A stretch of DNA of 64,000 nucleotides, taken from a virus. The translations under genes and the position numbers were made by a program. Below the pieces are notes generated by a model. The model ran no database searches. It saw nothing but the letters and a program-made list of their open reading frames with translations, and was not told the DNA's origin. Of this stretch, positions 55,919-64,000 are shown in pieces. The stretch spans positions 1-64,000 of the IMG/VR virus record IMGVR_UViG_3300046453_000063; one strand, given 5' to 3'. How positions within the stretch are numbered: position 1 is the first letter of the stretch; the number at the start of each line of letters is the position of its first letter.

Positions 55919-58444
55919 ATTGATATTGACACAGAGGCCGCAAAAAGAGATCAGATATTCAGACAATTGAAACAATATTTTGGTGAAGAGCGAGTATTGC
56001 AAGTATGTACTTTTGGAACTGAAGCATCTAAATCTGCTGTTCAAAGCGCAGCTCGTGGTCTTGGAATTGATAATGATGTAGCAATGTATGTTTCAGGACT
56101 AGTTCCATTTGAACGAGGAAGCAACTGGACGCTTTCAGATTGTGTAAATGGAAATGAAGAGAAAGAAAGAAAGCCAGTACAAGAGTTTATCACTGAGATT
56201 AATAAACACGAACATTGGCTAAACGTTGCAATGAAAATCGAAGGACTTGTAAACAAACGCAGTATCCATGCCAGTGGTGTTATTGTCTTTAATGAAGAAT
56301 TCTATAAAACCAATGCAATGATGACTGCACCGAATGGAACACATGTAACGCAATTTAGTCTTGAGGATTGCGAAGCAGTATCAAATATGAAATTTGACCT
56401 TTTGACGATTGAAGGACTTGATAAAATTCGAGTCACATTAGATACATTACTTGCAGAAAACCTCATGGAGTGGCAAGGTACGATACGCAAAACCTACAAT
56501 AAGTATTTGCACCCTAACAAAATTGATATGGTTAGTCCCAAAGTATACGACTTAATTGGTTCGGATAGTATTACTGATTTATTTCAATTTTCTACAGAAA
56601 TAGGAATTCAAACAGTAAAAAGAACTAAGCCAGCAAACTTAATTGAACTTGCGTCTGCCAACTCACTTATGAGACTAATGGGAAGTGGACATGGAACTGA
56701 AACACCTATTGATAGTTTCATTCGTTTCAAAAACAATATTAGTGAATGGTACGGAGAACTTCAAAAACATCAACTTAATGAAGATGAAATTAAGATACTT
56801 GAAAAACATCTTTTAACATTAAACGGTGTTGCCGATACACAAGAATCTATCATGTTGTTGTCGATGGATGAAAAAGTTGCTGGATTTTCAATACAGGATG
56901 CCAATAAATTAAGAAAAATCATTGCCAAGAAAAAGGCAACTGAAATTGAAAAAATTAAGAAGACGTTTTACAAAAAAGGCTTAGAACTAGGCAATAGAAC
57001 TGAAATGCTTGATTACGTATGGAATGTGCAGATCGTAAGACAGCTAGGATATTCATTCTCAATCCTTCACACACTTGCATATTCAATTATTGCTCTACAA
57101 GAAGCAAGTCTGAACATAAACTATAATCCCATCTATTGGAGAACAGCATGTCTAACGGTCAATTCAGCATCCATAGATAATGAATCAGACGATGATGAAG
57201 AAGACACTAAATCAAAGTCGCAATCCACTAACTATGGTAAAATTGCTTCTGCAATTGGGAACATGCAGAGTCGTGGAGTAAAAGTTGGTTTGCCAAATAT
57301 CAATAAAGCTTACTTTGGATTCAAACCCGATATTATCGAAGATCAAATCATATTTGGATTAAAAGGTATTAATGGTATTGGTGATGATGTAGTGCAAAGT
57401 GTTATTCAGAATCGACCATATGCTTCATTTGATGATTTCCTGGTACGAATGTATGACACCTCAATCATCAAGAAAGCACAATTAATTCAACTAATTAAAG
57501 CAGGATGTTTCGAGACATTTGGTAATCGTATTTCTATAATGAAGACTTTCGTAAACAAACTCTACATACCAAAAGAAAAACTAAATCTTCAGAATCTAAA
57601 TGCTGTAATTGAATGTGGTCTAATCCCTCAAGAGATGCAACAGTATTCCAAACTCTTCAATTTCAGAAAGTATGTAATGAAGAAAATACATAGAAAAGTT
57701 GAGAAAGATAAGTATTATGCACTAGATAAGATTTCTACTCCATTTTATTATGAGAATTTCTCTGATCAAGGAATCAAAGAATACAGTGGCAATTTCCCTG
57801 TAATCAGCGAGAACGTATTTAAAAAAGAATACGATAAGAAGATGGATGGAATTAGAGAATGGTTGTCACTCCCTGAAACCTTAGAGCAATTTAATGCTAA
57901 ACAATATGAATTGGAATGGGAATCAGTTGCTGAAGGTACAGTTAGTAAATGGGAAATGGATTCACTCTCTTTCTATTATACTGAACATGAACTTGAACAT
58001 ATTGACTATACACGTTACGGAATCAGTAAATTTGGCGATCTGCCCGAAGAACCAATAGTAGCTTCAATGATGACGTTTAGAAATGGTAATAGTAGACCTA
58101 AGTTTAAACTTGATTTTATCATGGGAACCGTTTTAGACAAGGACAAGAACAAAAAGACCGTTGCCCTTCTAACAACTGATGGAGTGGTGACACTTAAATT
58201 TTCCGATGGAGAATTTGCACACTACAATAAACAAGTGTCTAAGCCTAAGCCTGATGGAGGAAAACAGATTGTAGAAAAGACTTGGTTTGCCAGAGGAAAT
58301 AAACTGGTGCTGTGTGGATATCGTAGGGGAGCGCAGTTTAAGCCGCATCGTTACAAAGATACCAATGTTAAACATACAACGATGCTCATAACTGCAATTG
58401 GCAAGGATGGCTCGATAAAAGTGGAAACAGAAAGAAAAAAATAA
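55919..58444 (+). CDS. dnaE: DNA polymerase III alpha, exon 2
   Basis: IDID, SIHASG, KFDLL, LFQF, YSFS..H..AY, FGLKGINGIG. Confidence 0.92.
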   Translation: MDIDTEAAKRDQIFRQLKQYFGEERVLQVCTFGTEASKSAVQSAARGLGIDNDVAMYVSGLVPFERGSNWTLSDCVNGNEEKERKPVQEFITEINKHEHWLNVAMKIEGLVNKRSIHASGVIVFNEEFYKTNAMMTAPNGTHVTQFSLEDCEAVSNMKFDLLTIEGLDKIRVTLDTLLAENLMEWQGTIRKTYNKYLHPNKIDMVSPKVYDLIGSDSITDLFQFSTEIGIQTVKRTKPANLIELASANSLMRLMGSGHGTETPIDSFIRFKNNISEWYGELQKHQLNEDEIKILEKHLLTLNGVADTQESIMLLSMDEKVAGFSIQDANKLRKIIAKKKATEIEKIKKTFYKKGLELGNRTEMLDYVWNVQIVRQLGYSFSILHTLAYSIIALQEASLNINYNPIYWRTACLTVNSASIDNESDDDEEDTKSKSQSTNYGKIASAIGNMQSRGVKVGLPNINKAYFGFKPDIIEDQIIFGLKGINGIGDDVVQSVIQNRPYASFDDFLVRMYDTSIIKKAQLIQLIKAGCFETFGNRISIMKTFVNKLYIPKEKLNLQNLNAVIECGLIPQEMQQYSKLFNFRKYVMKKIHRKVEKDKYYALDKISTPFYYENFSDQGIKEYSGNFPVISENVFKKEYDKKMDGIREWLSLPETLEQFNAKQYELEWESVAEGTVSKWEMDSLSFYYTEHELEHIDYTRYGISKFGDLPEEPIVASMMTFRNGNSRPKFKLDFIMGTVLDKDKNKKTVALLTTDGVVTLKFSDGEFAHYNKQVSKPKPDGGKQIVEKTWFARGNKLVLCGYRRGAQFKPHRYKDTNVKHTTMLITAIGKDGSIKVETERKK

Positions 58445-58593
58445 ATATAAGAAGGAGAATTGAATTATGGAAGACAATCTCACCAAACTATCCAAATCAT
58501 CAATCGAAAAACTTCTAAATCGCCCAATCTCAAACGATTACTATGAACTACTACTCAGGGAGTCATTAATTAATCTCTTAGAAACGAAGGAAA

Positions 58594-58863
58594 ATGAAGA
58601 ATATGAATAAATATAATAACAACAATGAATTTGATTATCACATTTCATCTTATGCTAATAAATTCTTCCCTGATCCACAGGATAAGGAGGTGACTAATTA
58701 TTCTACATGTGCGGGATGTGGCGAAGAAGTAAATTTAAGTGATGTTGCTGAAGGAGAAATTCTAAATATTTATGGCATGTGTGTACATGATGATCGACAG
58801 TGTATCAAGGATGCTGTTGAGGCGAGAGTTGTTACTTTGGATGAGATTGTTAATGAAGAATAA
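58594..58863 (+). CDS. Small Zn-finger hypothetical protein
   Basis: CAGCG...CVH..C. Confidence 0.6.
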   Translation: MKNMNKYNNNNEFDYHISSYANKFFPDPQDKEVTNYSTCAGCGEEVNLSDVAEGEILNIYGMCVHDDRQCIKDAVEARVVTLDEIVNEE

Positions 58864-59065
58864 TTAATGAATAAATATAGGAGAGTGATTATTTGAATCT
58901 AGTAGGACATAATATTGCATTGGTTGAACAACTAAAAATACATATGATTAACAAATTGAATGAATATCATAAAGATGGATTTATTGTGGAAGGTAGATTT
59001 GAAGAATTACTGGAAAAGGAAGTTAAAGCGTTAGATGAACGGATTAAAACTATGCGTGGTTTACT

Positions 59066-59638
59066 ATGAGAGTAAAACTAATATTGCCATTACCGATTTC
59101 AATTAATGATCTATATATTAATCAATATGTTTGGGATGTTAAAGCAAGGAAGATGGTTCCTAGCGGCAAACGAATCTTAAGTAAAGACGGAGAACGCGTA
59201 AAGCAAGAAATAATCAACTCCGCAACAGAACAAATGCGTAAGTTTGAGTGGGACTACGAATACACCAAAACACATTATCTGTACATGGACTCATACATAT
59301 TTTTCAATCGTAAAGGTCGAGATGACAACAATATATATAAGTTAAATAATGATGCTCTTGAAAAGATCGTCTATGACAATGACAGCAGAGTTTTAACAAG
59401 AACTCAACGAATCTTATACGATAAAAGGAACCCAAGAGTTGAGTTGGAATTCTATCCTGTTGAATTCGTTGGTATCTTCGACAACGAGAATGAGTCTGAG
59501 AAATTCATAAGCAAATGTATGTCATGTAAAAGATATAAGCGAAACTGCTCAATATTAAATGCTGCATTAGATGGATTTATTCAAGACGATATTAATGAAG
59601 ATAAAATTTGCAATACATATAGTCCAATTAAAAAGTAG
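59066..59638 (+). CDS. rusA: RusA-like Holliday junction resolvase
   Basis: PISIN..Y, RDDNNIYKLNNDAL...YDNDS, NPRVE. Confidence 0.75.
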   Translation: MRVKLILPLPISINDLYINQYVWDVKARKMVPSGKRILSKDGERVKQEIINSATEQMRKFEWDYEYTKTHYLYMDSYIFFNRKGRDDNNIYKLNNDALEKIVYDNDSRVLTRTQRILYDKRNPRVELEFYPVEFVGIFDNENESEKFISKCMSCKRYKRNCSILNAALDGFIQDDINEDKICNTYSPIKK

Positions 59639-59651
59639 AGGAATAATACAT

Positions 59652-59864
59652 ATGGAAACAGTGTTTTGCGAAAACAATGAATATGAAGTTATTGGCTATG
59701 GAGAAGACGGTAGAATCAATGCCTTACAACGAATTAATCCCAAAACAAAAATGAAAGTTAAACTTAGTTTTAGTAATGATGTCGATATTAATGAAGTAGA
59801 TAGTTATAATGCACAGTTGCTTGAAAATCAAAAACACTATTTACTAAAACAAAAAAGACCCTAA
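59652..59864 (+). CDS. Hypothetical protein
   Basis: gagga RBS, ATG 59652, inside ORF-track 59571..59864. Confidence 0.6.
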   Translation: METVFCENNEYEVIGYGEDGRINALQRINPKTKMKVKLSFSNDVDINEVDSYNAQLLENQKHYLLKQKRP

Positions 59865-59880
59865 ATTGGGTCTTTTCTTT
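59853..59880. terminator. Bidirectional terminator between the early operon and the tRNAs
   Basis: aaaagaccc-taaatt-gggtctttt. Confidence 0.75.
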
Positions 59881-59892
59881 ATTCTTCTGTGA

Positions 59893-59965
59893 TGGACTCT
59901 CAGGGGCTCGAACCCTGGACAAATAGATTAAGAGTCTACTGCTCTACCAACTGAGCTAAGAGTCC
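59893..59965 (-). tRNA. tRNA-Lys(CTT), CCA not encoded
   Basis: GGACTCTTAGCTCAGTTGGTAGAGCAGTAGACTCTTAATCTATTTGTCCAGGGTTCGAGCCCCTGAGAGTCCA folds as a cloverleaf. Confidence 0.92.
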
Positions 59966-59987
59966 GTAGTGATGTGTGAAATTTATA

Positions 59988-60059
59988 TGGAGCGTAAGGG
60001 GGTCGAACCCTTGACCTCTTCGCTGCCAGCGAAGCGTTCTCCCACTGAACTAACGCCCC
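59988..60059 (-). tRNA. tRNA-Ala(GGC), CCA not encoded
   Basis: GGGGCGTTAGTTCAGTGGGAGAACGCTTCGCTGGCAGCGAAGAGGTCAAGGGTTCGACCCCCTTACGCTCCA; G3.U70 identity pair. Confidence 0.92.
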
Positions 60060-60081
60060 ATGCGTTTTTCTCACAAGAAAT

Positions 60082-60144
60082 AATATATCATAAAGAAAAA
60101 AATTAGTCAACATTATTTACAAAATCAATAATTACGTTTAAAAT
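60082..60144. promoter_or_regulatory. Divergent SigA promoters for the tRNAs (-) and the integrase (+)
   Basis: Minus: TTGACT(60110-60105)-17-TATATT; plus: TTTACA(60116-60121)-17-TAAAAT(60139-60144). Confidence 0.65.
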
Positions 60145-60180
60145 ATGGTAGTACATAAGAATAAGTGGAGGGGTAAAAAC

Positions 60181-61905
60181 ATGGCAGGTAAAAAACGGGT
60201 TGCAGCATTCTACAGAGTATCAACGAAAGGTCAACTTGATGGAAATGACATTCCTATGCAACGCAGAGCGTGTCAGGATTTTATCGATAGTAATGGATGG
60301 GTATTGGTGAAGGAATATACCGAGAAGGGTGTCTCTGGATATAAGAAATCAAACGATGACAGAGATGAAATACAACGAGCTAAATATGATGCAGAAAACG
60401 GACATTTTGATATATTGTTGTGCTTCATGTTTGACCGATTAGGCAGAAAAACTTATGAAACACCATTGCTGCTTAAATGGTTTAGCACAAAAGGAATTGA
60501 AGTGTGGTCTGTAAAAGAGGGGCAACAAGAGTTTACAAATGAGGGACACGACATTACAAACTTCTTAAGATTCTGGCAGTCAAATAATGAATCCAGAAAA
60601 ACATCCATGCGTGTTAATGAAAAACATACACAGATGGCTGAAGATGGAGCCTTCAGGGGAGGCACAGCACCGTTTGGATATCATCTCGTGAAGTCTGGTT
60701 TGAAAAATAAAAAAGGTAAAGAGTTGATGAAGTTAGAAATCGATGAAGATCAGTCAGTGGTAGTGAAATTAATGTTTAACATGGTTGTTGAAGAGGGATT
60801 TGGTAGTAATCGAATTGCTAAGTTCCTAAACGAAAATAAAATTAAATCCTCCACTGGGGGGAACTGGAATACTGCTGCCGTGAATTTCATTTTAAGAAAT
60901 CCGGTATACAAGGGCTATCCCGCATATGGAAAACGAAAGTCAATAGAAGGTGTTTTCGAAACGAAAGGTCGAGATGAATGGACAATGCCAGACCAACAAC
61001 AACTTCACTTGGTGATTATAGATGAAGAAGTTTTTGATAATATTCAGGCGCTAAGAAGTTTGAAATCTAAAGAAAAAATCAAAGATAACAATCGTGAACG
61101 AGTCAATACTTCTGTTGGTCCACTTCTGTTGGTAGGTTTTATTAAGTGTGGCTATTGTGGATCTCCATTAACTACAACATATAATCAGAAAAAATATGCG
61201 CTCGCTGACGGTTCAATTCAGATGTGGAAAAGAGCTGTATATAGATGTTCAGGCAAGGCGCTAAAGAAAATTGATTGCAAGGGACAGACCGTGTATGCAC
61301 AAAATAAAATAGAGGACACTGTTGCTGATGAAGTTAATAATTATCTTGCTTATATGAAAAAAATAGATTATAAAGAGTTTGCAAAAGACTATGATCAAGA
61401 AGAATATCAATACATTAAAAAATCGCTCGATGCAAAAAATAAAGAAATAGCGAACGAATATGATGAATTGAATACACTCAAAAAAGAAGTCACAAAAAGC
61501 ATATTGGGTAAAAGTGCTTTCAAGCCAGAACTGTTAAATGAAATGATCGGAGATAAAGAAAAGGAGTTGCAAAAACTTGACCAAGAAATTAGATCATTGG
61601 AAGAGAGCCTTCAAACCAAAAAATTAGAGTTAAGCGAGATAAAAGAATTGGCTGAAAATATTGGCATTTGGATTACCAAATACAAGGAGGCAAGTCATGA
61701 CAAGAAGAAGGTTATGTTGAGGGGATTAATCGAGGGAATAACTGTGTTTAAGGATCAAATAGATATTAAGTTCAGATTAGACATTACACAGTTCTTATCT
61801 AGCGCTGGTAATGGTAGTATATCTGACCTACGTGGGAGTACACGTAAGGCGATTGTACTACCATCAAAATGCATATCCAAGCGATACAAACTACGTTACG
61901 CTTAA
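60181..61905 (+). CDS. Large serine recombinase (phage integrase)
   Basis: YRVST catalytic Ser, GVSG, DRLGR, PFGY, ILRNPVYKG, Zn ribbon CGYCG...YRC, coiled coil; ATG 60181 after ggagggg. Confidence 0.93.
   Translation: MAGKKRVAAFYRVSTKGQLDGNDIPMQRRACQDFIDSNGWVLVKEYTEKGVSGYKKSNDDRDEIQRAKYDAENGHFDILLCFMFDRLGRKTYETPLLLKWFSTKGIEVWSVKEGQQEFTNEGHDITNFLRFWQSNNESRKTSMRVNEKHTQMAEDGAFRGGTAPFGYHLVKSGLKNKKGKELMKLEIDEDQSVVVKLMFNMVVEEGFGSNRIAKFLNENKIKSSTGGNWNTAAVNFILRNPVYKGYPAYGKRKSIEGVFETKGRDEWTMPDQQQLHLVIIDEEVFDNIQALRSLKSKEKIKDNNRERVNTSVGPLLLVGFIKCGYCGSPLTTTYNQKKYALADGSIQMWKRAVYRCSGKALKKIDCKGQTVYAQNKIEDTVADEVNNYLAYMKKIDYKEFAKDYDQEEYQYIKKSLDAKNKEIANEYDELNTLKKEVTKSILGKSAFKPELLNEMIGDKEKELQKLDQEIRSLEESLQTKKLELSEIKELAENIGIWITKYKEASHDKKKVMLRGLIEGITVFKDQIDIKFRLDITQFLSSAGNGSISDLRGSTRKAIVLPSKCISKRYKLRYA
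61811..61864. other. Candidate attP (54-bp imperfect dyad within the integrase 3' end)
   Basis: ATGGTAGTA...TACGTG-ggAGta-CACGTA...TACTACCAT; outer 9-bp and inner 6-bp arms share one centre (61837/61838). Confidence 0.6.
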
Positions 61906-61993
61906 TATATAAATGATTATTTATGAAATTGGTTTAATTTTTAATGTTTATGGACAACCTAATATTACATCTTCAGACCACACAGAAAAAAAT

Positions 61994-62035
61994 AACCCCC
62001 AAATGGATTAATCTCCAGATGGGGGTTTGTTGTTT
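61994..62035. terminator. Hairpin between convergent integrase and AEP genes
   Basis: aaccccc...gggggtt flanked by A- and T-rich runs. Confidence 0.5.
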
Positions 62036-62155
62036 TGATTTTGTTTGTTCATAGTTGTACGATATGGGGGTTAATAGATTATATATATTTATATTGTCGT
62101 GATTGAGAAGCATGTAAGAAGTACGCTTATATGTATAGTAAATCAATGTATAAGA

Positions 62156-63625
62156 TTAATCAATCATAATACTTTCATATTGTCTTCGAGGAAGAAGTTT
62201 CTTCAGCTCAGCATCTGTAAAATAAAATTTCATGCATAATCCTAGATTATTTGACTTACTGGTTACAAATGTTTCATCTGATTCAATAAATAAACTTAGA
62301 CTTAGTTTCTTAGGCTTATAATTAAGCCTGTATAGATTTGGGAGTTTTTTCATTAATCCTCCACCTTTAGGCTTACGGTTACGTTCAATTACTTCAATAA
62401 CTCCACAGTCGATCAGTTTATTTACTTGTCTAGGAACAGTATTTTCTCCTAATCCTGTTGTAGTTTCAATATCTTTAAAAGGCATATAAAAAACTCCTTT
62501 TAAATTGGCATGGCGTTTTGAATGTATGAGCATTGCGTATGTAATCAGTTTTTGATTCTTTTCAGGACAACTATTAATTATCCATTGAATCTCCTCAAAT
62601 GTCACAGTCATGTCTTTATCGTTTGAACGTAAATTATAGTTTTTCTCATAAATATCTTTGGTAATCTGAACTATATCTTTGTAACAATGGAGTAGGGGTG
62701 TTGTATACGTCTCACTTTTCTGCCATGACATCCATGCGCTTAACTCATCTTTACATTGTTCTTGATCCATGCCACAATACTTAAAATACATGCCCAACAA
62801 CAAAGTGGATTTGTGTCTGCTTCCTTGATATTTCAATCCATTATTAAATAACTCTATCGCCAAATCAATGCTGTAATCTTCTGATTGTTCATAATTTTTT
62901 AGTGGTGTGTGGGGGCTGATGGCATCTTCAGCTTTAGTAAGCAAAACTCTGTCGAAAATGTCTACATCTTCAATACCAATTATATCGAGTACTCTTTGAT
63001 GACTAATCTTCTTTATGGTAAAAAAGAATGCCTCACTGTTTGCCTTATCCATTACCGTTAAACCGTCATCAAGTACACAAAATCCACAATAGTTCCCTGT
63101 TTTCTGATGTATCCCTAATGGCAACTTTATTCCCAACTTATCCGTAACACGGAATTCTACTTTACTACCTTCTAAGAAATATTGAGTAGTGTCTGACTTT
63201 AGTATCACATAGTTGAAGAATTTTTCTGCATCTGATATTTGAATTAGATCACTGAAAAATATATCAATGTGATAACCCTTGTTCCCACTGAAACTTATGT
63301 AATGTTCGTTAATTCCTAAATCGTAAAGCGTTTTGGTAAGTTTGTAGACGATCCATTGTGCCATCTTTAGATCATGAAAATCTATATCAAAGGTCATAAA
63401 CTTAGACATCAGTTTGCCGCCAAACGTACCAATAGTTAAGTCTCCATCAAGATGACTTTGAAACTGCCAATCCATAATTGATTTTATTCTCTTACCACTC
63501 TTATTGATCTGTCCTGTTGTAAACTGACTATATCCGTCTTTGTATTGGATTAGGTAATGACCTCTTTGAATAAAGTAAAGATCATTCATTTCTTTGATTA
63601 TACTTCTATGATTATTATTCTCCAT
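62156..63625 (-). CDS. AEP-superfamily primase/replication protein with C-terminal HTH
   Basis: FDID, SFSGNKGYH, KLPLG motifs; GSRH (PriCT-like); HTH DIETTTGL....V...V..L...GVI. Confidence 0.7.
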   Translation of the reverse strand: MENNNHRSIIKEMNDLYFIQRGHYLIQYKDGYSQFTTGQINKSGKRIKSIMDWQFQSHLDGDLTIGTFGGKLMSKFMTFDIDFHDLKMAQWIVYKLTKTLYDLGINEHYISFSGNKGYHIDIFFSDLIQISDAEKFFNYVILKSDTTQYFLEGSKVEFRVTDKLGIKLPLGIHQKTGNYCGFCVLDDGLTVMDKANSEAFFFTIKKISHQRVLDIIGIEDVDIFDRVLLTKAEDAISPHTPLKNYEQSEDYSIDLAIELFNNGLKYQGSRHKSTLLLGMYFKYCGMDQEQCKDELSAWMSWQKSETYTTPLLHCYKDIVQITKDIYEKNYNLRSNDKDMTVTFEEIQWIINSCPEKNQKLITYAMLIHSKRHANLKGVFYMPFKDIETTTGLGENTVPRQVNKLIDCGVIEVIERNRKPKGGGLMKKLPNLYRLNYKPKKLSLSLFIESDETFVTSKSNNLGLCMKFYFTDAELKKLLPRRQYESIMID

Positions 63626-63626
63626 A

Positions 63627-63830
63627 TTATTGACTAACTGCCTTAAACTCTTCTAGAGCATGCTGGAGATTGTCATTAACAACAAACAAGTAGAAAATGT
63701 TGTTGGTTTCTAAATGCCTAGCCTTGGTTAAAAATGTGGTTCCGTCTTTGCACTTTAAAAATCTAGCAAGTTTTGGATTATAGCAATAAAATAAATCGTG
63801 ATTATTCTTCATAAAGCGGTTAGCCTCCAT
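63627..63830 (-). CDS. Small phage protein (DUF5659-like) upstream of the AEP gene
   Basis: FYCYNPKLARFL...H..T...FYLF.....L..AL..F pattern. Confidence 0.5.
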   Translation of the reverse strand: MEANRFMKNNHDLFYCYNPKLARFLKCKDGTTFLTKARHLETNNIFYLFVVNDNLQHALEEFKAVSQ

Positions 63831-64000
63831 TGAAATATTTATTCTTTGTTAAATTTTTAAAACACAAAAAAGAGGCGCATTTCTGCACCTCTCCATAACA
63901 TTCCATATAACTTTCTCTAGCCCAAAAAACCTAAATCAAATTCTTCTCAACAATACTCGCAATGTATCTATGACCTTTATCTCCTGGATGTGCAGTATTT

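Noticed and set aside
769-58495. Most minus-strand ORFs in the track
   Set aside because: They are shadows of + strand genes, with no RBS or motifs
59928-60113. 61-aa minus-strand ORF
   Set aside because: It overlaps the two tRNA genes

Overview
This is a 64 kb segment of a large, AT-rich temperate phage of a spore-forming Bacillota host, with an SPbeta-like layout. It covers the early, replication and nucleotide-metabolism arm, and almost everything is on the + strand. Recognisable core genes are a DnaB-like helicase, DnaG-type primase, RecJ/DHH exonuclease, class III (nrdDG) and class II (nrdJ) ribonucleotide reductases, dut, thyA and folA. Also present are a sporulation-type sigma factor, a YyaC-family spore protease, a ParM/ParR-like partition pair, a Pol III alpha gene split by a group I intron carrying a GIY-YIG nuclease, RusA, two tRNAs, a large serine recombinase and an AEP-type primase/Rep. 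About 100 small unknown ORFs and several free-standing HNH/GIY-YIG genes fill the gaps. Five unexplained signals stand out. (1) About 37 copies of an 18-bp dyad, ATRAAW-N6-TTTYAT, sit at gene junctions and often supply the upstream stop codon. Every 6-bp spacer differs, and 7 copies have a second element 41-42 bp upstream, which suggests an integron-like single-gene cassette system. (2) The recJ frame has a 9-nt stop-containing insert inside its catalytic DxDxDG motif that resembles the T4 gene 60 ribosome-bypass hairpin. (3) The dnaE intron has a non-canonical G-binding helix (P7). (4) A 54-bp attP-like dyad lies inside the 3' end of the integrase gene. (5) Several genes appear to start at ATT/ATA/ATC. 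All calls were made by eye from the sequence and ORF track; no database searches were run.
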